Shown: positions 7,771 to 16,200 of the stretch, piece after piece
How the letters are laid out: each line of letters begins with the position of its first letter
Numbering within the stretch: position 1 is the stretch's first letter
DNA from: an uncultured Myxococcales bacterium
GTDB lineage: Bacteria; Myxococcota_A; UBA9042
Length of the DNA: 64,000 bases
Reading direction: 5' to 3'
NCBI GenBank assembly: GCA_903919145.1
Contig: CAIXGW010000036.1
Span: forward strand, 13,314-77,313
Notes under the pieces: model-generated
The model's input: the letters and a program-made list of their open reading frames with translations, nothing else
What the model was told of the DNA's origin: nothing
Databases searched by the model: none
Position numbers and translations under genes: made by a program

Positions 7771-9260
7771 GGATGCTCCTCGCCTCGGCTAGGCGACAGC
7801 GCCAGGCCCATGGGCAGTTGCAGGCGGTACAGGGTCAGGGTTTGCTGGGCCAGGTCGACGCCGGGTCGCGCCGCAAAGGTCGCCACCGCGGTCAGCTGGA
7901 GACCCGCCGTCTGGGCCGCAGCCAGCCCCGGCACCCGCGAAGACGCGTAGAGCTGCGGCGCCCTTGCGCTAGGATCACCCAGCATAGAGCGCAGATCCGC
8001 GGCACTGGCCACCCGCAGCGAGCGCACAGCCGGGGCCTGCCAGCGCACCACCCCCACTTCCGAGCCGCCCAAGACCAGCATTCCTTCAGCGGGTTGTCGG
8101 GCCAACCAGCTGCCCAGCGCCACATCGGGCGAGGGATGGGACTGTTGCAGGTGCAGGCGCGGCACACTTACCGCCGCGGCTGCACCCACCGCTAGCACGC
8201 TCAACGCCAACGGTATCGACCGGCGCCGACCGTGGGTCCGCCCACCCGCCACCGCCAGCAGGGCCACCGCCAGCAGGGCCACCAGCGGCAGTATATGACG
8301 CGACCGCTCGGGATTCTGGCCCAGCACCATCCAAGCCAGGTAGCCCATCGCCAGCGCCAGCAGCCAGGCGACTGGGGGGCGGTCCTGGAGCGCGGCAGGC
8401 CAAGCCAGCCTGGCCATCAGCAGCGCCACCGCCAGCAACCCTGCGCCGCCGTCCCACAAGTGCGCCAGCCACAGCTGAGCTGCTTCCAGCGTCTGCAGCG
8501 GTGGCCCGTCGCCGCGCCACTGCGTCGCGTGCCCCTGGGCAAACGCCGCGCCGAGCTTCCACAGCGGCAGCGGACCGCCCGCCAGCCACGCCAACGGCAG
8601 CAGCCACGCCAGGGTGACCGCTGCAAACAACCCCAGGCGGGTCCAGCGTTCTTGGCGACTGGTGCTCGCTGTCACCATCCACAGCAGTATGCCCAGCGCC
8701 ACCGGCCAGCTCGACAGGCGCACCGCCAGCAGCGCTGCCGCCGCCAAAACGGCGCCGCGCCCGAGCCAGAGCGTCTGCGGACCGGCGCTCACGCTCGCCA
8801 GTGCCAGCACCGCCGTCGCGGTGACCAGGTGGGCGCCCAGTCCGTCCGACAGCGGTCGCGCATCCGCCAGCCACAGATCCGGCAGGCTCAAGTACAGGGC
8901 CACCCCCGCCAAAGCCCATAGAGGCCCAGCAGTTTTTGCCAGCCACCACGCCAGCGCAGCGGCCGCCGCCATCGCACCGACTGCCGCCGGCCAGGCCAGC
9001 GCCGCCGCAGACTCGGCCCCCAGCGCCTGGGCCAGCCGGCCCAGCAGCACGTACAGCGGATAGCCCGGCAGGTGCGGGCTGTGGCGGCTGAGATCAAAGT
9101 GCTGCAGCGCGTGGGCAAAATTGACCGAGTCGTGGTCGTGCAGCTGCTGCGGCAGGAAGGGCAGCCGTGTCGCCAGCGCCATCAGCATGGCCAGCAGCGC
9201 CCCAGCCGCTGCAGAGCGGTCGGCGACGGGCGGCGTCAGCTGAGGCGCGGTACTGGGCAC
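7767..9260 (-). CDS. polytopic GT-C-type glycosyltransferase (DUF2723/TMEM260- or PMT-like)
   Basis: GTG start with GGAG upstream. DSVNFAHALQHFDLSRHSPHLPGYPLYVLLG matches the D..F....(H)PPGYPLY loop I remember from DUF2723/GT39-type proteins. At least 10 hydrophobic segments. Confidence 0.65.
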   Translation of the reverse strand: MPSTAPQLTPPVADRSAAAGALLAMLMALATRLPFLPQQLHDHDSVNFAHALQHFDLSRHSPHLPGYPLYVLLGRLAQALGAESAAALAWPAAVGAMAAAAALAWWLAKTAGPLWALAGVALYLSLPDLWLADARPLSDGLGAHLVTATAVLALASVSAGPQTLWLGRGAVLAAAALLAVRLSSWPVALGILLWMVTASTSRQERWTRLGLFAAVTLAWLLPLAWLAGGPLPLWKLGAAFAQGHATQWRGDGPPLQTLEAAQLWLAHLWDGGAGLLAVALLMARLAWPAALQDRPPVAWLLALAMGYLAWMVLGQNPERSRHILPLVALLAVALLAVAGGRTHGRRRSIPLALSVLAVGAAAAVSVPRLHLQQSHPSPDVALGSWLARQPAEGMLVLGGSEVGVVRWQAPAVRSLRVASAADLRSMLGDPSARAPQLYASSRVPGLAAAQTAGLQLTAVATFAARPGVDLAQQTLTLYRLQLPMGLALSPSRGEEHP

Positions 9261-9299
9261 AGGCGGGCTCCGGATGGCGGGTGCTGCGGCGAGTGATAG

Positions 9300-9320
9300 T
9301 GAAAGTGAATGTCACTTTCA
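9300..9320. promoter_or_regulatory. perfect 9-bp inverted repeat (candidate operator) just downstream of the -10 element
   Basis: TGAAAGTGA-atg-TCACTTTCA. A/T-rich compared with its surroundings. Overlaps the predicted transcription start of the GT-C gene. Confidence 0.5.
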
Positions 9321-9325
9321 GTAGC

Positions 9326-9355
9326 GTTATACCCCAGCACGCGGCAGACCGTCAA
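9326..9355 (-). promoter_or_regulatory. sigma-70-like promoter for the GT-C gene
   Basis: On the minus strand: TTGACG (9355-9350), 18 nt, TATAAC (9331-9326). About 65 nt upstream of the GTG start at 9260. Confidence 0.5.
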
Positions 9356-9379
9356 GATCGCGACTTAACGCGTCCGTTA

Positions 9380-9426
9380 CGGAAAAAGACTAGCAACGAC
9401 AAACAGATAACATTGGGTCCCCCTCT
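9380..9426 (-). repeat. dispersed G-run/ACCC[A/T]ATGT element, copy A (intergenic)
   Basis: AGAGGGGGACCCAATGTTATCTGTTTGTCGTTGCTAGTCTTTTTCCG. Lies between the 1227-aa gene stop and the GT-C gene promoter. T5 at +27..+31 counted from the A of the core ATG. Confidence 0.7.
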
Positions 9427-9591
9427 GTACAACTGCCACCGCCGCGGCGCACCGGCAGCTGCCGTGACAGTCGCGTGACCAGCGGATTCCGCTGAGGCTG
9501 CAGAGGCCGCCCGCCTGCGCATCGACCGGTCAGTCAAGAGAGGACTCAACAGAATTAGGGTGTTGTGCGTGGCTGGCCGCAAAGGCGGCGG

Positions 9592-12500
9592 TCAGCGGCT
9601 CAGGCGCAGCTGCTCGGCGGTGTCGACGGCGCGCAGGGCTTGAGCGGCGGCAGGGTAGTCCTCGGGGCCCACGAGGCCCGGGGTCACGGCGAGCCGGTAG
9701 TCCAGCTGCAAGCCATCGGGCAGGGCGGTGGTGGTGCGCGAGGCTTGCAGCAGCCGGTGGGCGGCCTTGAGCGAGCCCAAGGGCTGGATCGACTTGCCCA
9801 GGCTGTGCACGCGCAGCTGCAGCCGCAGGTCGGTGGCATAGCCCAGCAAGAGGTCGGTGCGCCGCTGAGGCAAACCGGCATAGGTCTTGCCTAGTTCGGC
9901 CGGGTACAGACCTAGGTCCAGGTTGGTTTCTCGTTGGGTACTTGGCTTGGCGGTTACGCCATAGCGCAGCACCAGGGGGCCGCTGGGGGAGTCCAGGTCC
10001 CAGGCACCCAGCCAGCTCAGCTTCAGCCCGGGAAAGGAGCTGCCCGCCAGGTCTGCCAGCAGGGCGTCGCGCTCGCCGGTCGGTGTCGAGGCCAGAAACT
10101 GGCGAATCAGGGCTGCCACGCCGCCGCCCAGGGTCTCTTGCACATGGCCGGTCACCGCGCCATCGGCGCTCCACACCAGGTCGCCACTGATCTCGCGGAT
10201 GTCCAGGCCATCTCCCAGGGGCGGCACCGTCACCATCGCCGCGGCCGAGGGATTCTGGCAGCCCACCAGCAGGCCGGGCCGACCGCGCAGGCCGGCGCGC
10301 ACATGGTCGATGAGGCCTCCTTCCAGGCCAGGGTCGTACCACAGGTCGGTGCCAGCCCGGCGAATCACCACCAATTCCATGGGCCAGTCCAAGGGATCAG
10401 CGGCAAGGCTTGCGGGTTCGCGCGCCAGAGGCCGCAGGCGCACCAGGCAAGCATCTGCACCCAGGCGGCGAGCCAGTGCGTAGAACAGGGCTGCCCGGTC
10501 GCCCTGGCGTTGGTCCAGCGCTGCTGTGGCCGACCCCGGCAGCCCGCCTTCGTGCTGCTGCTTGACGTGCTGGGCGATCCGCCGAGCCAGGGCCTGCCAG
10601 CGCTCGCGACCTTCGGGTTGCAGCGCCGCCTGTTCCTGCCAGGCCTGCAGCTGTGCTGAGGGCCTTTGCACCATCGCCGCCAGGGCCTCCTGCCACGGCT
10701 CTACCACAGAGGCCAGGTTCGCCTGGGCCGACAGCCGCACACTAGCCACGGCCAGTTCGGCTCGGGCGGCGCGCGGCTCTTGGCGGGCCCGCGGCACCTG
10801 GTGGGCGCGGTAGGTGTAGACGGTGAATTCGCCGACTCTTTTGACGTCAGGCGCCGGGGCATGGGCGGACGCCTCCAGGGTCGCGGTCACGCCGTCTGGC
10901 ACCAGCACGACCAGCTCGGACTCGCGGATCGGCCCGTCATAGGCCTGCAGCAAGAAGGGGTCGAGGCGAGTGGCGCCGGTCGCCGGATCCTCAGGCTCTA
11001 CATAGACAATCTGGGCGTACTCCACCGCTGTGCCTGCCTCGACTCCGCGCAGGCTCACCGTCTCCTTGTCCGCCGTGTCGGCAGGGGGCAGGGCGGTGCC
11101 GTCGGCCAACAAAGTCCGGGCCAGCTCCAGGTCAGCGCCCTGGGCAATCCGCACCTCTCCCACCGCTTCGGCAGCATCGTCGGCCAGGACGCGCAAGACC
11201 TGATGAACCCTGCGGATGGCCCCTCCGCCTGGCAGTAGCACCACCACCTCCTGGTCCAGCAGCCACGCCAGGCGCGCGCCACTGACCAGCTGAGGATCGT
11301 CGGCCTGTGCGGCGATCTGGCTGCCGTTGCGCAGCCAGGCTGTCCACGGTGGCACGGCTCCGGCGCGCAGGGCTTGCTGGCGCTGGGCCAGGGTCGGGCC
11401 AGCCGCCGTGACCAGGGAGCCAAGCGCCCGCTGCGCCGCGCCGGGATTCTTGCGTAACCAAGCCTGCTGGGCAGCCTGCCACTGCTCCTGGGCCACGTCG
11501 CTGAGCCAAGACGGTCCCTGGGGGGGCGCCTCCCCCGCCAGCGCCGCGGTCTGCAGCAGTCGCTGCCGGGCCTGCCGCGCCAGGGCCGGACGGGTCGCCG
11601 CCAGGGCCAGGGCATCGGCAGAACGCTTGGACTCCCCAGCGCTTTGGAGCAGTTGCGCGGCAACCACGCCCAGGTGCGGGCAATCGTCGGCCATGGCGGT
11701 CGGCGCCCAGCTGCGCAACAACGGCCTGTAGCCGAATTCCAGCGCCAATTCCCACACGGCCTGGCGCTGGGCACAAGTCCGCACGGGCTCGCCGGCCAGC
11801 GCCTGATGGCCCAGGTCGGGCAGGCCCAGCAGTTGCAGCGCCCGCACCCGCGCCAGCCGCGCCGCTGCAGAGGGCAGCAGCGCTTGCCCCGGTCGGTCCA
11901 CTTCGCCGGACTTCACCTCGACCACCGGCCTGGGCGCCGGCTGGGCCAGCAGGTCCAACTGTTCCAAGGCAGCCTGGGGATTGCCGGAGTCCAAGTGGCG
12001 CTGGGCTTCCAGCAGCAGCGCCTGGCCGTGCAGGGGCCAAGCCGCTCTTACCTGGTCCACTGCTTCGCCGCCTTGAGGGGTGCTGCCGGCAAAGAGGCCG
12101 CGCAGCGCCGGCAGCAAAGCCTTGGGAAAACGCTGTTGCCACCAGTTCAGCACCTGTACCGCTGGATCTGCCAGCAGCTGCCCGGCGCGCTGCAGCACCA
12201 GATCCAGCTCTGGCGGCAGCTCCGGCCCAGCGGGCGGCGGCGCTGGGGCGCCAAGGGGCGGTGCGTCGGCCAGCCAGGCCAGCCACAGCGGATCGCCGTC
12301 GGCCGCCGCGGCCACCAGCACATCCAGCCGATGCTGGCCGGGGCTGAGGTTTTTGACCGTCGCGGCCAGCCCAGACTCGGGGTGGTCCAGGCGCTCGCCG
12401 TCGAGCCATGCCAGCAACTGCCGCTCGGCGCGCACGCCCACAGTCAGGGCGCCGCCGCCGCGCCAGCGCACCTGCAGCCGCTGGATCCCGGGGTGCTCTA

Positions 12501-13275
12501 CCGCCAGCGCCACCTGCGCCGCCCCTCCTGCGCTGACATCTATCGGCAGGGGCACGCCTGCTTCTTCTTGCCAAGCGGGCGGTGCTGCTGAGCCACCGCC
12601 GTCTCTTAGGGCATCCAGTCCGGACATCAGCCTGCGCGACCATGGCTTTACCTGCTGCACGACCGTCAGATCGGCCGGTAGCTGCCCCACTGCGACTCCC
12701 AGCCGCGCCAACGCCATCGCCCGCTGGACCCGCTGCGCCGCCGCACCTTGCGCCACAAGGCCTTGCAGGGGCTGCCCTGTCTCGCGGTTGCCCAGCGGTT
12801 GCGCCAACGCGCCATGGTGGACCGCCCGCCATAGCGCCTGGGTGGCCGCGCGATCTCCTTCCACGCCCAGCGGTTGTAGCAGTTCTGCTGCCCGCAGCCA
12901 CTGCTGGGCCGCCGCCTGGCCGTGCAGGGCGCCGTCTCCCAGCCAGGCTCCCAGCCACGCCGCCTCGCCGCTGCTGGCGTGGGCAATCGCCACCGCGCTG
13001 GCCCCGTCCCGCCGCGCCGACCTTGGCATCAGCTCCTCTACCGCCTCCGGGCAGCCCTGGGACCACAGCAGGCACAGCCAGACCATCTGCCGGCGCGCCT
13101 CTGCCGCCAGCTCGGGATCGTTGAGGTGGTCGCGCGCCCATTGCCCGGTCTCGGCAGGGTCAGCGTCGGGGTGCCAAGCGGCTTTGGGCGCCGAGCACGC
13201 CGCCAGCCCAGCCAGGCAACCTGTCAAAAACCATAGTCTGCACAAGGAGATAACATAGGGTCCCCCTCTACTCAT
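9592..13275 (-). CDS. large lipoprotein: beta-sandwich + TPR-like helical region + DUF3857-like + degenerate transglutaminase-like domain (catalytic Cys replaced)
   Basis: 1227 aa paralog of the upstream gene with the same domain order. It has QGDRAALFYALARRLGADACLV where the paralog has FGDCKDKATLIAALLGELGIDAEV. Lipoprotein signal LWFLTGCLAGLAAC. The annotated ATG overlaps the upstream stop (ATGA). An in-frame TTG at 13245 directly precedes the signal peptide and is an alternative start. Confidence 0.75.
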   Translation of the reverse strand: MSRGGPYVISLCRLWFLTGCLAGLAACSAPKAAWHPDADPAETGQWARDHLNDPELAAEARRQMVWLCLLWSQGCPEAVEELMPRSARRDGASAVAIAHASSGEAAWLGAWLGDGALHGQAAAQQWLRAAELLQPLGVEGDRAATQALWRAVHHGALAQPLGNRETGQPLQGLVAQGAAAQRVQRAMALARLGVAVGQLPADLTVVQQVKPWSRRLMSGLDALRDGGGSAAPPAWQEEAGVPLPIDVSAGGAAQVALAVEHPGIQRLQVRWRGGGALTVGVRAERQLLAWLDGERLDHPESGLAATVKNLSPGQHRLDVLVAAAADGDPLWLAWLADAPPLGAPAPPPAGPELPPELDLVLQRAGQLLADPAVQVLNWWQQRFPKALLPALRGLFAGSTPQGGEAVDQVRAAWPLHGQALLLEAQRHLDSGNPQAALEQLDLLAQPAPRPVVEVKSGEVDRPGQALLPSAAARLARVRALQLLGLPDLGHQALAGEPVRTCAQRQAVWELALEFGYRPLLRSWAPTAMADDCPHLGVVAAQLLQSAGESKRSADALALAATRPALARQARQRLLQTAALAGEAPPQGPSWLSDVAQEQWQAAQQAWLRKNPGAAQRALGSLVTAAGPTLAQRQQALRAGAVPPWTAWLRNGSQIAAQADDPQLVSGARLAWLLDQEVVVLLPGGGAIRRVHQVLRVLADDAAEAVGEVRIAQGADLELARTLLADGTALPPADTADKETVSLRGVEAGTAVEYAQIVYVEPEDPATGATRLDPFLLQAYDGPIRESELVVLVPDGVTATLEASAHAPAPDVKRVGEFTVYTYRAHQVPRARQEPRAARAELAVASVRLSAQANLASVVEPWQEALAAMVQRPSAQLQAWQEQAALQPEGRERWQALARRIAQHVKQQHEGGLPGSATAALDQRQGDRAALFYALARRLGADACLVRLRPLAREPASLAADPLDWPMELVVIRRAGTDLWYDPGLEGGLIDHVRAGLRGRPGLLVGCQNPSAAAMVTVPPLGDGLDIREISGDLVWSADGAVTGHVQETLGGGVAALIRQFLASTPTGERDALLADLAGSSFPGLKLSWLGAWDLDSPSGPLVLRYGVTAKPSTQRETNLDLGLYPAELGKTYAGLPQRRTDLLLGYATDLRLQLRVHSLGKSIQPLGSLKAAHRLLQASRTTTALPDGLQLDYRLAVTPGLVGPEDYPAAAQALRAVDTAEQLRLSR
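13223..13269 (-). repeat. dispersed element, copy B (on the start region of the 1227-aa lipoprotein gene)
   Basis: AGAGGGGGACCCTATGTTATCTCCTTGTGCAGACTATGGTTTTTGAC; about 69 percent identical to copy A over 47 nt. In-frame TTG at +12 starts the lipoprotein signal peptide. T5 at +27..+31. Confidence 0.7.
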
Positions 13276-16200
13276 GGCGCCACCTCTGGGCCGACCGCGA
13301 TCTCTGTACGCAGGGCGGCGTCGACCTGGGCCAGCCAGGCGCGGAACTCGGGGTAGGCCGCCGCAGAGACGCGCACCTGGGGGATCTCCAACTGGTGGAT
13401 CAGCTGCACTCCGCCGCCAACAGGCTGGGCCTGCAGCTCAAAGCGACAGCCCTGCCACTGGAGCTTCTGGTGGGCGGGCAGGTTTTGGGCGCGCCAGCCA
13501 GGGGGCAGCAGCAGTCGCACGGTCTCGGTCTCATGAATGGGCGCTTCAAGGACCAGCGCCACCTGGCGCGTCTCGGCCCGCGCCAGCACCTCCTGCCAGG
13601 GCCGCTGGGGCCGCTTGGGGGCGAGCAGCCAGTCGCTGCCCTGGCGCTGACCCCAGGCGGTGAGGCGACCGTCCAGCTGAGCCGTTACCGTGTCTGCCTG
13701 CGGATCGACGCCGCTGACCTGCACTTGGGTAGCCTGTAGACTGGGCCAGCGCTCGGCAATTTCGCTTTCCAGCTTGTCTTTGCGGGCGCTGGTCGCCAGC
13801 AGCTGCCGCGCCATGGCCGCCGCCAGTCCTCGCCACTGCCCCGACCAGTGCAGGGTCGCGCCGCCTTGGCCGTCCAGGCGCAGCTCGGCGGTGGACTGAT
13901 CGAGTTCGTTGGCAAAATCAGCGGTCGGCAGCGACTCCAGCTTGGCGCCGCGCGGGCGGATGCGCAGGGCCATGCCGCCGGTGTCGCCGGTGGGCAGCTC
14001 CAGTGGACCGTGGTGGGTCGCCGTGGCGTCCAGCCACCAGCCGAGCGCTGGCACCCAGGCAATGGCGTGGTTGAAAACGCCCAAAGAGGCGATGCCGTCG
14101 CTGAGCTGTCCGTGGTCGGCAGTGCGCACCAGAGCCACCTCAGCGTCGATACCCAACTCGCCTAGCAGGGCGGCAATGAGTGTCGCTTTGTCTTTGCAAT
14201 CGCCAAATTGACGCTGGGCCACCTCTCTGGCGCTGTGCGGCTTGATCGAGTGGATGCCAAACTCCAAGCCCACGTAGCGCACCTGGCTGCGGGCGTAGTC
14301 GTACACCGCGCGCACCTTGGCCTCGGTGGTCTGCTTGCCCTGGGTCAGGCGGGCGGCCAGCTCGCGCAGCAGCGGATCGGTGCCGCGGGCGGGCAGGGCC
14401 TCGCGCAACAGCCCCTGGTACCACTGCACGACCTCTGGCCAGCCGCCAAAAGACGAAGCGTGCAGGTAGGCCAGCAGCTCGGTGGCCCCTGGGCCCTGGA
14501 CATCGGCGGCGGCGGCGGCAAAAGGCCCCAGCGTCCAGCTCCACTGCTGCCATGGACCGCCCTCATCGGCGCGACCCACAGTCTTGATTTCCGGCAGAAA
14601 ATTCTGGTCTGGCTGGGCGTGATCGCGCACCTTGGCGTGCAGCGCCATGCCCTGAGGCAACCGAATCGCCACTTGGGTCTCGCGCACCGGCACCACGTCG
14701 CTCAGCGGCACCAGCTCGCCAAACACCAGGCCAAAGGGCGCTGGCGCCAGGTCATGCACCGCGTGCTCAATGACTACGGCGTCGCCCGGCCGCAGGTTCT
14801 GAAAGGTCAAGGTCAGGCGCTCCAGGTCAAAATACATGCCCGAAGCGTCCTCGGTGAACCGGTCGACTGCTTGGCTGACCTGGCGCTCTATCCTGCCATC
14901 CGCCCGCACCACCACCGCCTGAAGCACGCTGGCCTCTGACAGAGACGGGGCATAGTCGATCTCGCTTTGGTGGCTGCCCGGCGCTCCGGGTCCCAGGTAC
15001 CAGACTTCCGCTTCATAGCGGGCCTGCTGGCCGTTGCCCAGGCTGTGCATCAGCGTCTGTCTCAGGCGGATTTCTACTGCATGGGTGCGGGGTTGACTGC
15101 GCTCGCGCTGCACCATGGCCAGCAGATCGCGGCGGGCCTCGGCATAGAAGGCGCTGCCTTGGGCCAGCAGCTGCAGGCGCGCCCGCAGATCGCTGCGCTG
15201 GGGCGAAAGGGCTGTCGCTATGCGCAGATGCACCACTGCCTCCTGGCGCTGACCCTGGCGCTGCGCCAGCTGGCCGGCCAGGTCGTGCCACTGGGTGCGG
15301 CGCTGACCCGGCGGTACCCGCAGCAACAGGGCCTGAGCCATCGATAATTCGCCATCCTGCAGCCGGTAGCGCGCCAGGTTCTCCCACAGGCGGGTGCGCA
15401 GCGGTGCCATCTGCAGCAGCTTGGCGGCCTCCAATTCGGCCTTGGCCAGCTGCCCTGCTTCGGCCAGGGCGGTCACCCACTCGCCGCGAGTTTCAGGGAC
15501 ATCAAGCAATTGCACGGCCCGCGCGTGGAGATCCGCCGCCGCCCGCCATTGTTCAGCCGCAGCCAGGCGGTGGGCCCGATCGCGCAGCAACCGCGGCACG
15601 GTGGGCCATTTTTGCAGGCACTGCAGCAGTAGGCCGTTGGCGGCGCGGTCGGCGGCCATGTGGCTCCAGATCGCCACGCGGGTCCGGCAGGCATCCACGC
15701 TCTCCAATTCGGCTTGGCGACCGGTCTGTTCGGCCCACTGCTGCCACTGGCGGTGGGCCTCGGTGGTCTGCCCGGCCTGGTCCAGCGCGCGGGCATGGGC
15801 CACCAGCAGCGTGACCTCGGCAGGCAGGCGCTGCCGCCACGCCGCCAGCCGCGCCACCCGGTCGCCGGCCTCTCCGGGTAGCAGGGCATGGGCCACGGCC
15901 AGGTGGGGCAGCGCCGGCAGGTCGGCCACGTCCAGCGCCAGCAGCCGCTCTTCCAGGGGCTGGGGCATCGGCCAGCCGTGCCAGGCCATCTGCAGCAAGG
16001 CCGCAGCCAATTCGCCTTGCAGGGGGCTGTTTTCCGCCCAGCGCAACCCGGCGACCCGGTCGGGCTCGGCGGCCACTGGCGGCGGATCTTCTCCCGCCAC
16101 CGCCGACGCTCCCACCGGCAGCGCAGCGCTCTCTACAGCCAGCGGAGCCCCCTTGGCATCCAGCACCCGGATCGACAGCGGCAAGCTCGCCCCCGCCGGC

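Noticed and set aside
9380-9426. Small ORFs starting at the core ATG of the element (MLSVCRC, MLSPCADYGF, MLFS, MSNP, MLSHWIYLQIAW, and others), which has an SD-like G-run at the correct distance
   Set aside because: Peptide length and sequence after the first 2-3 residues are not conserved between copies, and nucleotide conservation continues across different reading phases. A conserved micropeptide is therefore unlikely, though ribosome loading at this ATG cannot be excluded.
9352-9582. 76-codon ORF in the intergenic region containing element copy A
   Set aside because: It is low complexity. Its only distinctive part (GGPNVICLSLLVFF) is the element itself read in one frame, and the same element elsewhere is followed by stops at different distances.
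11132-13141. 669-aa minus-strand ORF, and other long alternative frames inside the two giant genes
   Set aside because: Gly/Arg/Ala/Pro make up most residues. It is an off-frame reading of the 1227-aa gene, which has a signal peptide and paralogy support.
13223-13245. G-run plus T-run (AGGGGG ... CTT TTT GAC) as a prfB-like programmed frameshift site
   Set aside because: The SD-like run lies about 30 nt from the T-run, whereas prfB has about 3 nt. There is no in-frame stop at the T-run, and the ORFs read through without needing a shift.
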